DNA of 64,000 nucleotides, from positions 62,001-126,000 of the IMG/VR virus record IMGVR_UViG_3300042887_005053. One strand, given 5' to 3'. The notes under the pieces are model-generated. The model was not told where the DNA came from and did no database searches. It worked only from the letters and a program-made list of their open reading frames with translations. Below are positions 30,105 to 40,933 of this stretch, piece after piece. Both the position numbers and the translations under genes were made by a program. Numbering within the stretch: the first letter of the stretch is position 1; each line of letters starts with the position of its first letter.

Positions 30105-31973
30105 ATGGCATCACCACTTGGTCTTACATTTGATAATACCACAAATTCAACAAAGATTGGAAGCTATAAAGTTGTCAAATCTAAAGCTGTAAAATCCTTA
30201 TTCGGTGGTGGACAATTTAGTCCTTTTCCATCTGGAATTAACACAGAAAGTGGTAGCGTCACATCTATCAGAAATGCAACCGATGTACATAAAGATGAAA
30301 TATATGACATATCTATACCATCAATAGTTGATTATACTAGTAAGTATAATTCTATGAAGCTCACATTTGCTGATTTTGCTTATCTAAAAAATGTAGGCGT
30401 ATTTCCTAACAACAGGTTAATAGTTGCTAGAAGATTCGCATCAGGAGTTGGAAACGATTTGACTGCTATAAAATCCACACCTCTTGCAACTTTAATTTCT
30501 TGGGTAAAAGATGGTGATGAGTTTATTTCAGTTGATTACTCAGAAGAATGGATTGAAGCATCAGCTTCATTTGAAGAAGTTCTAAATGACATAGGAAAGG
30601 ATATCAAGGCATCAAGTGATCAAGGATCTGGTCTTGGAGGTGCAGCAGCTAAGGCATTTAATGCAATTCCGTTACCTGGTTTCATGGAAGGTATACAATA
30701 CCAAGTTATGAAAAACATGGGACTTACAGATGCCGGTATTGGTAACTCACCACTTGGTAATCCAAATCTTATTAGACAAGCTAAACAAAGAAAAACTGTT
30801 GGTAAAGGAGAGGCTGACTCTGGTCTGAAAGCTTCATTTTCAATTAAGATGAGTGTGGAATACGAACAAAAATTCATAAATGGGGTTGATCCAACACTTG
30901 TTTATATGGATATAATTCAGAATGCGTTGACTTTCGGAACATCAGATTCGGCTTTTCAATTCAGTTCAGCATTTGGTACAGGCACCGCTCAAATCATCAA
31001 GGATTTAATAAGTGGTGACATAGGAGCTATAGCAAGTGCGATTGGAAAATTTGTGACAAGTTTATTGGACGCTATAGCAACAGTCGGTAAAGAGTTGATT
31101 CAAGCACTTATAGACCCACCACAAGATGAAGAAAACCCAAGTGCAGATTCAATATTGAATTTTATTCAGAAAGCTTTTGCGTCAACTATAGGACACGTTG
31201 TATCAAAGTATAGAATAAAATTAATTGGTATTTCTAATGCTCTTACTGGTAGCCCTTCAACTCCTTGGCATGTTACCATAGGTAATCCAAAAAAACCTAT
31301 ATTTAGTTCAGGTGACATGCTTTGTACAGATGTGAGTTTGTCTGTTGGTAAGAATTTGGCTTTTAACGATTTACCTTCTTACATCAAAATTGAGTTCACA
31401 TTAACTAATGCAAGACCTCTTGGTGCACAAGAAATATTTAATAGATTCAATACTGGTAAGGGAAGATCTTATGTGAGATTTAATAAATCATTTGTGGAGG
31501 CGCCAGATACTATTATTGAAGGTTCTACAATCGATAATAGTGTACCTCCAGCAGAAACAACTAGACAAGTACCTGATGACTATACCGTAACATTTGAGGA
31601 TAATGGTGGAACTGAATATTTAGACTTAGGTAAACCACAAAGTGCTACCCAGCCAAAGCAAGGCGATTCAACACAACCACAAATAACGAATCAACCACAA
31701 ACCAATCCATCACTTAATTCAGCTAATAATAATTCATTACCAACAGCTGCTGTTCCTGCTGCTACTACATCTTTACCAGCACCAACCAGTTCGCCTTTGT
31801 CATCAAGTCAAATAAGAGCAGCTGATGATGAAACTCTGAATAACAGAAGTAACGACATATTAAATGAAATAACAAACCTACCTCCTGGTGATCCAAGACT
31901 TAGTGAACTAGATGATGAAAGAAGAGCAATTCAATCTGAGCAAAATAACAGAATAGAAGGTAACTTAGGATAA
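30105..31973 (+). CDS. Putative baseplate/tail-tube initiator (gp48/gp54-like)
   Basis: First gene of the baseplate cluster; PWHVTIGNP..DMLCTDVSLS..DLPSYIKIEFTL tube-fold-like strands. Confidence 0.5.
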   Translation: MASPLGLTFDNTTNSTKIGSYKVVKSKAVKSLFGGGQFSPFPSGINTESGSVTSIRNATDVHKDEIYDISIPSIVDYTSKYNSMKLTFADFAYLKNVGVFPNNRLIVARRFASGVGNDLTAIKSTPLATLISWVKDGDEFISVDYSEEWIEASASFEEVLNDIGKDIKASSDQGSGLGGAAAKAFNAIPLPGFMEGIQYQVMKNMGLTDAGIGNSPLGNPNLIRQAKQRKTVGKGEADSGLKASFSIKMSVEYEQKFINGVDPTLVYMDIIQNALTFGTSDSAFQFSSAFGTGTAQIIKDLISGDIGAIASAIGKFVTSLLDAIATVGKELIQALIDPPQDEENPSADSILNFIQKAFASTIGHVVSKYRIKLIGISNALTGSPSTPWHVTIGNPKKPIFSSGDMLCTDVSLSVGKNLAFNDLPSYIKIEFTLTNARPLGAQEIFNRFNTGKGRSYVRFNKSFVEAPDTIIEGSTIDNSVPPAETTRQVPDDYTVTFEDNGGTEYLDLGKPQSATQPKQGDSTQPQITNQPQTNPSLNSANNNSLPTAAVPAATTSLPAPTSSPLSSSQIRAADDETLNNRSNDILNEITNLPPGDPRLSELDDERRAIQSEQNNRIEGNLG

Positions 31974-31995
31974 ATCAAAATAATAATAATAAAGT

Positions 31996-32457
31996 ATGAA
32001 ATTTTATGATTTAGACAGTTTAGTAAGAGATAGTAAACAAAATAATCTTTACAATCTCGCTGAACCTACTTTTAGAAAAGATACCACTATTTTGTTACAA
32101 AAACATATTGTAACACCAGAACAGACTATGAGACTTGACTTAGTTTGTTTTGAACTCTATAATAGGACTGACTATGTTGATTTCCTATTAAGTTTGAACG
32201 ACATTGACAACCCATTAAATATAATGGAAGGTGATGAGATCCTCTATGCAGCAGAAACTGCAATACCTGATTATAGATTATCACTTGCACAAACCAATGA
32301 TGTAAGAGCTCAGTTGTTGAATGTTAATAAAACAACAAGAAAAGATGATAGTAGAAAAAAATATGTGGAAGAGAATTTTTCTTTACCACCTACATTTAAC
32401 GAAAGACCTCAAGATCCAATTAAAATTGAAAATAATCAACTTGTCATCGGTAGATAA
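31996..32457 (+). CDS. Baseplate wedge protein, gp53/LysM-like
   Basis: MRLDLVCFELY...LLSLNDIDNPLNIMEGDEI. Confidence 0.7.
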   Translation: MKFYDLDSLVRDSKQNNLYNLAEPTFRKDTTILLQKHIVTPEQTMRLDLVCFELYNRTDYVDFLLSLNDIDNPLNIMEGDEILYAAETAIPDYRLSLAQTNDVRAQLLNVNKTTRKDDSRKKYVEENFSLPPTFNERPQDPIKIENNQLVIGR

Positions 32458-32472
32458 AAAATTAAGTATTAA

Positions 32473-35454
32473 ATGGAGTCATATTGGGTATTAGGTATAA
32501 GAGTAGAAAATGAAGGTAAAAGTCCAACATTACACGATTATTATTCAAGGCCTATTGAGAAGTATAGCCAAACAGAAAACACATCTGGAACTAGTGAAGG
32601 GCCGCTAATTTCTATTTTACAAATAACTTTAGAATCATATTTTTCTCAACTAGCAGAGAAGTATAAAGCAAATGTAACAAATGAAGAATATGACTCTCAG
32701 GATAGTGAAGACATTTCTTATTTTCGAGCTGAACTTATATTTAATGCCAAAGAATCTAAACAATTACAGTCAAGTATTGTTAATGAAATCAAACTTAACT
32801 TTAAAAAGGTATTTGATGCTGCTTATTCTGCTCAACAAAAAGAAAATATTCCAGTAAAGCCAGAATATGTTCTTGTTGAGGATAATTCTAAACCATCAAA
32901 TAATGCCTTTTCCCAAGATGAAGGTGGCGGATATCAAATAACATATAGAATAAGAAAAGCTCAAGAGTTGCCAATAGAACTCATTCAAACTCAACCAGAT
33001 CCTGTTAATCAACCATCTTCTATAGAAAATAGTGGTCCAGATCAAAGTATAGTAAATCAACTATCACTTACACAACCTGGTCCTACTCAATCACCAGCTG
33101 AAATACAAAAACAACAACAAATTGCAAATATTGGCCCAAGTCAATCAAATGCTGATGGTCCGACTGCAACTATTCCACTTCAGGAAGAACAAATAAGTAG
33201 AGCTGAGAGAACTGGTCAAGACCCAAATACTTCTAACTCAAATACTGAGAAGCAAGAACCGCCAAAACCAAGTATAGTAAATATATCTCAACCAGCAATT
33301 AAGGCTAAAGAGATTAAATTTGATTTACCACCACAAGAAGATCAAAGAAAAGAAATAGCTCTTAGTTTTGGTAATATTCCATTTATATGGTATAATTCAT
33401 ATCAAATTCATCAAAGAGATATTGAATACTTTCAACTTTCCACTTCTGGTAATTTACCTAAAATTTCTATAAACTTTAGAGATAGTCTAAACTTAATGAA
33501 AGACAAAGGTTTTCCATTAGATGATACTAAAATATCTATTTTCATAAATCCAAGAAGTAAGCAATTAAAACCAATTCACATGGACTTTAAAATCGTGAAG
33601 TTTAATGTTATAGGTGATATGTATTCAATTACTGGTTTGGTAGATGCAAATGAGCTATATGTGAAAAAATTTAAGTCATTGTCGAAGATGACAAGCTTTG
33701 AAGCATTAAAACAACTAGCATCTGAAATAGGTCTTGGTTTTGCAAGTAATGTTGATAATACTAATGATAGAATGACTTGGATAAATTCCGGTGAAAGAAT
33801 AATAGAGTTTATTGAAAATATAGTTGATAATTCTTATAAATCAGATGAGACATATTTACTTTCATATATTGACTTTTATTATAACTTAACTTATGTTGAC
33901 TTAGAAAAAGAATTAACAAGAGATATTAAGAATGAGCTTGGTGTAGCTAATATAGGTATTGAGGAAGTTACAAAAATTAAAGATCAAGATAAGGTGGCAT
34001 CTCTATTATTGACTAATGATTTTTCTATGCAAAATAGTAACTCATTTTTCAGAGACTATAGAGTGATTAATAACTCAACAGCAATTTCTTTAGATGAAGG
34101 TTACTTAACTAAAGTGAAATTCTATGATCAAATTAAAAAGAACTTTTTAGTATTTGATGTCGATTCTATCACAAGTGAAGGTGATAAAAATATTATATTA
34201 AAAGGATCACCTCAGAGTGAGACTTTTTATAAGCAAAATGTAAACTTAGTTTACACGGGTAAGATTGATGATGATAATATGCATTTAAACTATCACTACT
34301 CTTATGTGCAAAATATTAGAAATATAGTAGAATTAGATAAGATATCACTTGAAATAGACATGCAGTCTCCAAATTATAATATTTATAGATTTCAAAAGAT
34401 TAATGTTTTAATTTCAAATCAAGCATCTACTCCTTCTCAACCACACATAAACAATAGATTGAGTGGTGAATGGTTTATCACAGATATTAAATTTAGATAT
34501 CAAAATGGTAAATATAGTCAAATCGTTAAACTAATTAAAAGAGAACTTGAATTATCACCAGAAGAATTAAAGTCAGAAGGACCTCAAGCTAAAAAGACTA
34601 AAGAGAATACTGGTTCACCATCCACTTCGAATGATAATACAAATCCAACTGATGCAACACCACCAGTTGAAACACCAGGTGATAATTTAGTTGGAGCTAC
34701 TTCATCGACGAATCAACCCGTTGATGATAGTAAATTTCCGTTGACTAAGGATATATTCAGATCTATCTATAAAGGAAAAGTAAATGATAAAGTCATTGAA
34801 CAGTATTATGAACCCATGAAAAACGCAATGATTAAATATCAAATTACAACAAAAGAAAGAGTTGCAGCTTTTCTATCACAAGTAAATGCTGAGACAAACT
34901 ATCTTATTTATAGTAGTGAGTTGGCTTCTGGTGAAGCCTATGAAGGAAGAAAAGATTTAGGTAATACAAACCCAGGTGATGGTAGAAAGTTTAAAGGAAG
35001 AGGACTTATTCAATTAACTGGTAGAAGTAATTATAAAAGCGCTGGGGAATACTTCAATAAAGATTTTATTAGTGATACTACAGTTGTAGCGGCAGATAAT
35101 GCAACTCATAAAAAAGGTGCAGCAACTCCTGAACAGATTGAGAACACAATACTCACATCTGTAAGATATTGGCTTTTAGGTTCGACTAAAGGAAATTTGA
35201 ATGATTATGCTGATAAGATGGACATAAGAAAGGGATTTGATTTTGGTGGCACTTCATTAGAAAATTTGCCTGAGTCTAACAAACAAGGAAAGCAGTATGG
35301 TAATGGTAAAAGTAAAAATTATGCAACTGCCTTTAATGCGAATGATGCTAACTTTGTCAATTTAACTATTATTTGTTTAGGAGTAAATGGTGGATATAAT
35401 GGTTACAGAGAAAGATTCAAGAATTGGTTGAGAATAAGAGAGCTACTGACTTAA
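32473..35454 (+). CDS. Baseplate hub-like protein fused to C-terminal GH19 lysozyme/chitinase domain
   Basis: Hub-like core ending LSGEWFITDIKF; GH19 motifs AAFLSQ..AET, YEGRKDLGN..GDG.KFKGRGLIQLTGRSNY, VNGGYNG. Confidence 0.8.
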   Translation: MESYWVLGIRVENEGKSPTLHDYYSRPIEKYSQTENTSGTSEGPLISILQITLESYFSQLAEKYKANVTNEEYDSQDSEDISYFRAELIFNAKESKQLQSSIVNEIKLNFKKVFDAAYSAQQKENIPVKPEYVLVEDNSKPSNNAFSQDEGGGYQITYRIRKAQELPIELIQTQPDPVNQPSSIENSGPDQSIVNQLSLTQPGPTQSPAEIQKQQQIANIGPSQSNADGPTATIPLQEEQISRAERTGQDPNTSNSNTEKQEPPKPSIVNISQPAIKAKEIKFDLPPQEDQRKEIALSFGNIPFIWYNSYQIHQRDIEYFQLSTSGNLPKISINFRDSLNLMKDKGFPLDDTKISIFINPRSKQLKPIHMDFKIVKFNVIGDMYSITGLVDANELYVKKFKSLSKMTSFEALKQLASEIGLGFASNVDNTNDRMTWINSGERIIEFIENIVDNSYKSDETYLLSYIDFYYNLTYVDLEKELTRDIKNELGVANIGIEEVTKIKDQDKVASLLLTNDFSMQNSNSFFRDYRVINNSTAISLDEGYLTKVKFYDQIKKNFLVFDVDSITSEGDKNIILKGSPQSETFYKQNVNLVYTGKIDDDNMHLNYHYSYVQNIRNIVELDKISLEIDMQSPNYNIYRFQKINVLISNQASTPSQPHINNRLSGEWFITDIKFRYQNGKYSQIVKLIKRELELSPEELKSEGPQAKKTKENTGSPSTSNDNTNPTDATPPVETPGDNLVGATSSTNQPVDDSKFPLTKDIFRSIYKGKVNDKVIEQYYEPMKNAMIKYQITTKERVAAFLSQVNAETNYLIYSSELASGEAYEGRKDLGNTNPGDGRKFKGRGLIQLTGRSNYKSAGEYFNKDFISDTTVVAADNATHKKGAATPEQIENTILTSVRYWLLGSTKGNLNDYADKMDIRKGFDFGGTSLENLPESNKQGKQYGNGKSKNYATAFNANDANFVNLTIICLGVNGGYNGYRERFKNWLRIRELLT

Positions 35455-35484
35455 TATATACACTATAAAAATTAAGTTACTAAA

Positions 35485-37227
35485 ATGCCATTTGGACTCT
35501 TTGATGATAAAGGACAAAAACTGTTTGGTCAAGATGATCCTCAAATTTCTGCATTAAAAAAATCCGCAGAACAAGGTCAAAAAAGAGGTACAAGTCAAAA
35601 TGTTATTGGTGGTGCCTTTCCTGTGCCATTAGTTAGTGCACTTAATTTAGAAGGTTCACTTGGTGATTGGTCAGAGACAACACCTGCTCATTTTTTACCT
35701 TATCCCGGAATTGAACTTAAAACTGGATTTACTGATCCTCAAAAAGTAGGAGAAGAATACGAATATGTATCATATGATGAAAATTCGAATCCAACAACAC
35801 CTAATGATAATTTAGACTCAAGAATTCAAACCTATGACTTTTTTAATGACTATTCAGCAAAGCAGTTCACCCATCTTCTTGATTATTTCATGGAGCAAAA
35901 TGGTACTCTTGGTGATAGAAGAAAGATAAATGTCGGTGAATCTGAAAATGGAGTAACTATTCCAGCAAATACAAAAGACATTTATTTAGGTTCATATATC
36001 AGAACATGGGATGATAATGAAGATCCAACAATGCACGGTTATGATATCTATATAAGATGGAATGAATCACCTCTTTTCAATGGTACTATTGATAGTTTTA
36101 TAACTGGATTTGGTAATATAGGTAATTCTGAAATTGCAAGTAGATTAGATGTTCTAAACAAATTTAAACAACAACTTGTTAGATTCATAAAAAATGATAG
36201 TCCATCCGCTTCAGGAAGACCAGATTTTCTTAATCAAAATGGTGTCAAAACCTATTACATGAGAAACCTTAGTGGGTTGAATTCTTTGGTTGAATCAAAT
36301 GATAGTAATAAAATAAAGTCATTTGTAGATTATGGAAATGAATTTATAACATTAGAATTTAACGAAGATGTGTCACAAAATATAGGTTACTTGGCATCTC
36401 TTTACAAAAGTCTTTCTTGGTCAAGGATTAATGGTAAACAAATTATACCTGAAAATTTATTAAGATTTGATGTTGATATTGAAATAACAGAAGTCAGAAA
36501 GTATAATAAGGTAATTTCAAATAAAGGGAAAGACGCAAAAGTTTATTCAGATCTGATCTCAAAGTACACTTACACACTATATGAGTGTCAATTCTTTTTT
36601 CAGAACCTACCACACGGTGATTCAATCGATATGAGTAATATCAAAGCGATTGACAAATATGATATTAAATTTAACTTTAAGTATTCAACCATGAAATTTG
36701 GTAGACTTTCATTTGAAGAAGTATTGGGAAACTATGGTAAAATGGAATATGTTAATGATAATAGATACATTAACACAAATACGATTACTTCTGGTTCAAC
36801 GAATAATTCAACTATTCAGAACAACACAATAACAAATGCTACACCTTATTATCCTCTGCCTTATTATAATGCTTATTCCTCGACTGGTGAACCAGATCCA
36901 ACACCAACACCAAGAACAGGACCATTACAAGTTGTAAAAGAGTCAGAGTCAAGAAAAAGTAAACTAAAGAAAGCTGCTCAAACACTCAAAAAAGATTTGA
37001 CAAATGCAGTCATAAATGAGGCAAACAGACAAATAATTGCTCAAGCTTCATTACTAAATAAAACTTTAGATAATATAAGGAATGCCATACCAGGTGCTGG
37101 TAGAATGAGTGCACCTACAAATGTTTATTCTGAGTATAACATACCACTAGCTAATGATGCAATAAATGCTGCGAGAAATTTTGTAGGTAGTTCTATAAAA
37201 AGTTTTTTCAGTGATCCAGGAGAATAA
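35485..37227 (+). CDS. Putative tail/baseplate structural protein
   Basis: Between hub and gp5-like genes; IIPENLLRFDVDIEITEVR; TAATATATA at 35452. Confidence 0.5.
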   Translation: MPFGLFDDKGQKLFGQDDPQISALKKSAEQGQKRGTSQNVIGGAFPVPLVSALNLEGSLGDWSETTPAHFLPYPGIELKTGFTDPQKVGEEYEYVSYDENSNPTTPNDNLDSRIQTYDFFNDYSAKQFTHLLDYFMEQNGTLGDRRKINVGESENGVTIPANTKDIYLGSYIRTWDDNEDPTMHGYDIYIRWNESPLFNGTIDSFITGFGNIGNSEIASRLDVLNKFKQQLVRFIKNDSPSASGRPDFLNQNGVKTYYMRNLSGLNSLVESNDSNKIKSFVDYGNEFITLEFNEDVSQNIGYLASLYKSLSWSRINGKQIIPENLLRFDVDIEITEVRKYNKVISNKGKDAKVYSDLISKYTYTLYECQFFFQNLPHGDSIDMSNIKAIDKYDIKFNFKYSTMKFGRLSFEEVLGNYGKMEYVNDNRYINTNTITSGSTNNSTIQNNTITNATPYYPLPYYNAYSSTGEPDPTPTPRTGPLQVVKESESRKSKLKKAAQTLKKDLTNAVINEANRQIIAQASLLNKTLDNIRNAIPGAGRMSAPTNVYSEYNIPLANDAINAARNFVGSSIKSFFSDPGE

Positions 37228-37230
37228 TTT

Positions 37231-38787
37231 ATGTCAAAAGAAGCATTAAGAAAACATATTTACATAGGAGTTGTTGAAGACAACAAAGATCCAAAAAAAT
37301 TAGGTAGATGTAGAGTTCGAGTATTTAATATATTCGATGATATACCGGTTGAAGACATTCCTTGGGCGTCACCTTGGAAAGACTTAAATGGAAATGGATT
37401 TACTGTTCCAGAAAAAGGAAAAGTCCTATCAGTTGTTTTTGATGAAGGCAATAAATATAAACCAGAGTATATCTGTGCAGAACATTATAATGTTAATTTA
37501 GAAAAGAAGTTAGAGTCTTTGGGTGAATCTGATTACCTATCAATGAGAACTTTATTATTTGATCATAAAACACAAATATATTCAAACGATAATGAAGGTC
37601 TTAAAATAGACTACAAGTTTAACAATATCAACATAACCGATACTAATATTGATGTAAATCTAAAAGATAATTTTGGAACATTGAATTTAGGAACATCTAC
37701 TGCTAATCAACAAGCAATTTTAGGTAATCACTTTCTGGATTGGTTTGATGAATTTTTAGATAATTTACTTGGATCAAGAGGAGGACCATATCTTGGTAAT
37801 TTGGGAGCACCAGTAGTTGCAAATCCTGATTTGATTCAGTGTATTTCTAAATACAAAGCTTTGAAAGATCCTAAATTTCTTTCACATCATGTTAATATCG
37901 TGGACAACGAGTATGTTAATAAATTAGATAGAGTTTGTGATCCACAATTGGGTGACACTTGGAAATCAACTGTTAAAGAAAATGAAACTGTTGTCAAAGA
38001 AAGGCCAGCATTCCTTCCACAAAGTGGTAATTCAACTGATACTCCTGAGGGTGACTTGACTACTTCTGTTGACGAAAAAGGCGTAGTAGAAAATGCAGTA
38101 AAAACAGAAGAACCACCAAAAGTTGAAGTAACTGTAAATCCAGATTTGAATAATATTCTGAAAGCGATGGAAAAGAAAAAATACAAGATTTTGACTAGAC
38201 CTTTCGAAGCAAATATTGTCGGAATTAGAAGACAATATGAAGGACAGAAATATTCAAATGCTTTCAAAGATGATTTGTTTTTATTTTTCAAGGATACTAG
38301 TGGTAATTGGCAAACTTACAAATTTAAGATTTCGACTATGCCTGGCTTCTATAATGGAGTCGACGTCCTAAAAGACGGTAAGTGGAAATTTAAAAAAGAT
38401 AAAAACTCTAAATTAAATGTAAAACAATCACAAATGATGTTAGGTCGTGGTGGTATGGGTATTTTAATGGAGGCTCAGTATATTAATTTGTATACGATCG
38501 GTGATTATCACAGCGCTCCAGCAATGAAAACACTTGGTGCACAAAAATTTTATAGAGACACTAATCCAACTGATACTATTACTTATACTAAAAAAGGTGA
38601 AGGTACAGCAGCGATGTATATACATTTAGGATATAATGGTGGTAGAACTGTAGATAACTGGAGTGAAGGCTGTCAGGTATTCTCACAGAAGTCTGAACAT
38701 TTGAAGTTTTTTGACCTTTGTCAAGAACATAAGAACAGATACGGAAATAAGTTCAACTACACGCTAATGTTAGAGAGAGACTTATAA
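37231..38787 (+). CDS. gp5-like baseplate spike (N-terminal OB fold) with C-terminal His/Cys L,D-transpeptidase-like domain
   Basis: YIGVVEDNKDPKKLGRCRVRV..IPWA; C-terminal IH-x10-WSEGCQV. Confidence 0.75.
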   Translation: MSKEALRKHIYIGVVEDNKDPKKLGRCRVRVFNIFDDIPVEDIPWASPWKDLNGNGFTVPEKGKVLSVVFDEGNKYKPEYICAEHYNVNLEKKLESLGESDYLSMRTLLFDHKTQIYSNDNEGLKIDYKFNNINITDTNIDVNLKDNFGTLNLGTSTANQQAILGNHFLDWFDEFLDNLLGSRGGPYLGNLGAPVVANPDLIQCISKYKALKDPKFLSHHVNIVDNEYVNKLDRVCDPQLGDTWKSTVKENETVVKERPAFLPQSGNSTDTPEGDLTTSVDEKGVVENAVKTEEPPKVEVTVNPDLNNILKAMEKKKYKILTRPFEANIVGIRRQYEGQKYSNAFKDDLFLFFKDTSGNWQTYKFKISTMPGFYNGVDVLKDGKWKFKKDKNSKLNVKQSQMMLGRGGMGILMEAQYINLYTIGDYHSAPAMKTLGAQKFYRDTNPTDTITYTKKGEGTAAMYIHLGYNGGRTVDNWSEGCQVFSQKSEHLKFFDLCQEHKNRYGNKFNYTLMLERDL

Positions 38788-40419
38788 ATTCATCTTTATA
38801 ACTTTATAAGGGTATTTTCTCTTCTTGTAGAACTTCTCTCTTTCTAAGAAATGTTTATATAAAATATTGTTCATTTCTTTAGGATCAAACACATCAACAA
38901 TATCGAATATTGTAGCTATTTTCTTTTGATCGTGTTTTCTGAGAGCTCTACCAATAGACTGTATAATTATTTGTTCTGATTTGAATGAGTCTGCAAAAAT
39001 TACATTAAATATAGCATTTATTGAGACACCTGTACTTAATGTGCCATAGCTCGCCACTAGAACCTTGACATTACCATCAGTCTTCTCCATTTCTTTTTTT
39101 ATAAACTCTCTTTGTTTGTTGTTGACTTCTCCGTCAATATAATAAAAGTCTTTATTGGAGATTTCTTGTTTAAGTTTTTCAAATATTTTAGTACCATATT
39201 CAATTGTGTGAAATAGTAATAGAGTGTTTGAATCACACTTATCTACTAGTTTCTTAATAAACTCTAATCTTTTATCTGAGTTCTGTATAAATTCTTTTTC
39301 ATATCTAAAAGCATCAGCACCAGCTCCCATTTTTCTTATATAATTAAGCCTTTCATTTATTTCACCAGTTGAATGATTCAATACCACAGCTTTAATGTTC
39401 ATAGGAGTAATTGTACCAGAATCAACTAAGGTCGAGGCTTCAATTTGAGTAACTTTCGGACCAAGAACTGATTGTATAGTAAGTATTTCCAGGGTCTCAT
39501 CATTTGGAAATGTTCCTGAAACTCCAAATCTATTATAGGCATGTTTGAAAGTTCTTTTCAGTATTTGTGTTAAAGTTGTAGCTTTTGCACCGTGTGCTTC
39601 GTCACAGGCGACTGTGTGAAATTGTTGAAAGAATTCTTTAGGCCATTTTTCAAGTGATTGATAACATCCAACATAAATATTTGGTTGAGAAGGTCCAGTA
39701 TACTTTCTAGGTCTATCTGACATTATCTCTTCAAGTTTAATATGACAAGGATTATAGTTTGGATTTTCGTCTAAAATAGGTTCAATCATATGATCTCTGA
39801 ACTCTACTTTATCGCCATATTTAGCTAGGTAATTAAATCCATAATTATATTCCATGATGTTCTCATAAAACTGAGTAACAAGTGTTATTGAAGGAACTAT
39901 TATTAAGAATTTTGCATTTTCGTCCATGTTTCTTAATACATAAAACATTACAATTGAAATGACTAAAGATTTACCACCAGAAGTAGCTACTTCGGCCATA
40001 CAATATCTATTTTTTAGAATTTTATAAGCAGTTTCAATTTGATAATCATAAGGCATAAATGGTATCCACTCACCAGTCTTTTTATCTTTCATTTTGTGAT
40101 CTTTGAAGAATTCTTTACAAAAATTTGTAACTGATTCTAAAGTAACCTCTCTGTTTAATGGAAACTCATCACGGTTTTCGATATTAAATGTAACTCCAAT
40201 TTCTTTACAAGCTTTATAACACTCTCGCCAAAGACCAAGATTAACTTTACCGTTATCAAAGTAAGATTGTTGTCCATTCCATACACCCATTTTAAAAGCA
40301 GGCATAAATCTATATCCCTTAACATGTCGAGTAAGCCAAATATTGATTTGGTGATATTCTACACGAGTTGCTGAAGAGACAACTAATTTTTCGTCATTTG
40401 AATCGTACCGAAAATTCAT
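38782..40419 (-). CDS. uvsW: UvsW-like SF2 helicase
   Basis: PYDYQ, ATSGGKS, DEAH, SGT, STGVSI, QSIGRALR; N-terminal GYRFMPAFKMGVWNG. Confidence 0.85.
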   Translation of the reverse strand: MNFRYDSNDEKLVVSSATRVEYHQINIWLTRHVKGYRFMPAFKMGVWNGQQSYFDNGKVNLGLWRECYKACKEIGVTFNIENRDEFPLNREVTLESVTNFCKEFFKDHKMKDKKTGEWIPFMPYDYQIETAYKILKNRYCMAEVATSGGKSLVISIVMFYVLRNMDENAKFLIIVPSITLVTQFYENIMEYNYGFNYLAKYGDKVEFRDHMIEPILDENPNYNPCHIKLEEIMSDRPRKYTGPSQPNIYVGCYQSLEKWPKEFFQQFHTVACDEAHGAKATTLTQILKRTFKHAYNRFGVSGTFPNDETLEILTIQSVLGPKVTQIEASTLVDSGTITPMNIKAVVLNHSTGEINERLNYIRKMGAGADAFRYEKEFIQNSDKRLEFIKKLVDKCDSNTLLLFHTIEYGTKIFEKLKQEISNKDFYYIDGEVNNKQREFIKKEMEKTDGNVKVLVASYGTLSTGVSINAIFNVIFADSFKSEQIIIQSIGRALRKHDQKKIATIFDIVDVFDPKEMNNILYKHFLEREKFYKKRKYPYKVIKMNL

Positions 40420-40421
40420 AT

Positions 40422-40451
40422 TATTTATATGTATTAAAATAATCTATGTTT
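40422..40451 (-). promoter_or_regulatory. Putative early/middle promoter AAAC-N18-TATAAATA (representative)
   Basis: Same fixed spacing upstream of gmk, carA, J-domain, AAA, uvsW, clpP, clamp and uvsY genes. Confidence 0.65.
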
Positions 40452-40502
40452 ATTCAGAAGGAAAGTCATGTCTTTTGATATATAAAATAAAAAATAGAAA
40501 CT

Positions 40503-40901
40503 ATGGAATTTTTCAAAAAAATCAAGAATTCAATTTTAGGTTTCTTTGGATTAGGTAAAACTAAAGTTAAAGAAGTAGAAGCTAAGATTGAGCAACAAAT
40601 TCATAAATTTGAAGATCAAGTAAAGAAACAAGATGATCAAATTCGTGAAAAAATATCAACTTTAGCTGATAAAACTGAAGAAGTGATTGAAAAAGTAGAA
40701 GAAAAAGTTGAGGCAAAAATCGAAGAAGTTGAGAAAAAAGTAGAACAAAAAGTTGTTAAGACAAAAGAAAAAGCAACTGAAACGGTTAAGGATATCAAAT
40801 CTAGGTCTCGTAAAAAACCAAATCAACCTCAAGGTGAACAAAAGACTAATAACAACTCTAAACCTAGAAGAAGAAAGCCAACACCAAAGAAAACTAACTA
40901 A
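40503..40901 (+). CDS. Hypothetical K/E-rich protein
   Basis: Amphipathic N-terminus, VEEK repeats, basic tail. Confidence 0.55.
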   Translation: MEFFKKIKNSILGFFGLGKTKVKEVEAKIEQQIHKFEDQVKKQDDQIREKISTLADKTEEVIEKVEEKVEAKIEEVEKKVEQKVVKTKEKATETVKDIKSRSRKKPNQPQGEQKTNNNSKPRRRKPTPKKTN

Positions 40902-40905
40902 AATT

Positions 40906-40931
40906 AAAAACCCACTTAAAAGTGGGTTTTT
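40906..40931. terminator. Bidirectional terminator between convergent genes
   Basis: AAAAACCCACT-TAAA-AGTGGGTTTTT. Confidence 0.8.
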
Positions 40932-40933
40932 GT

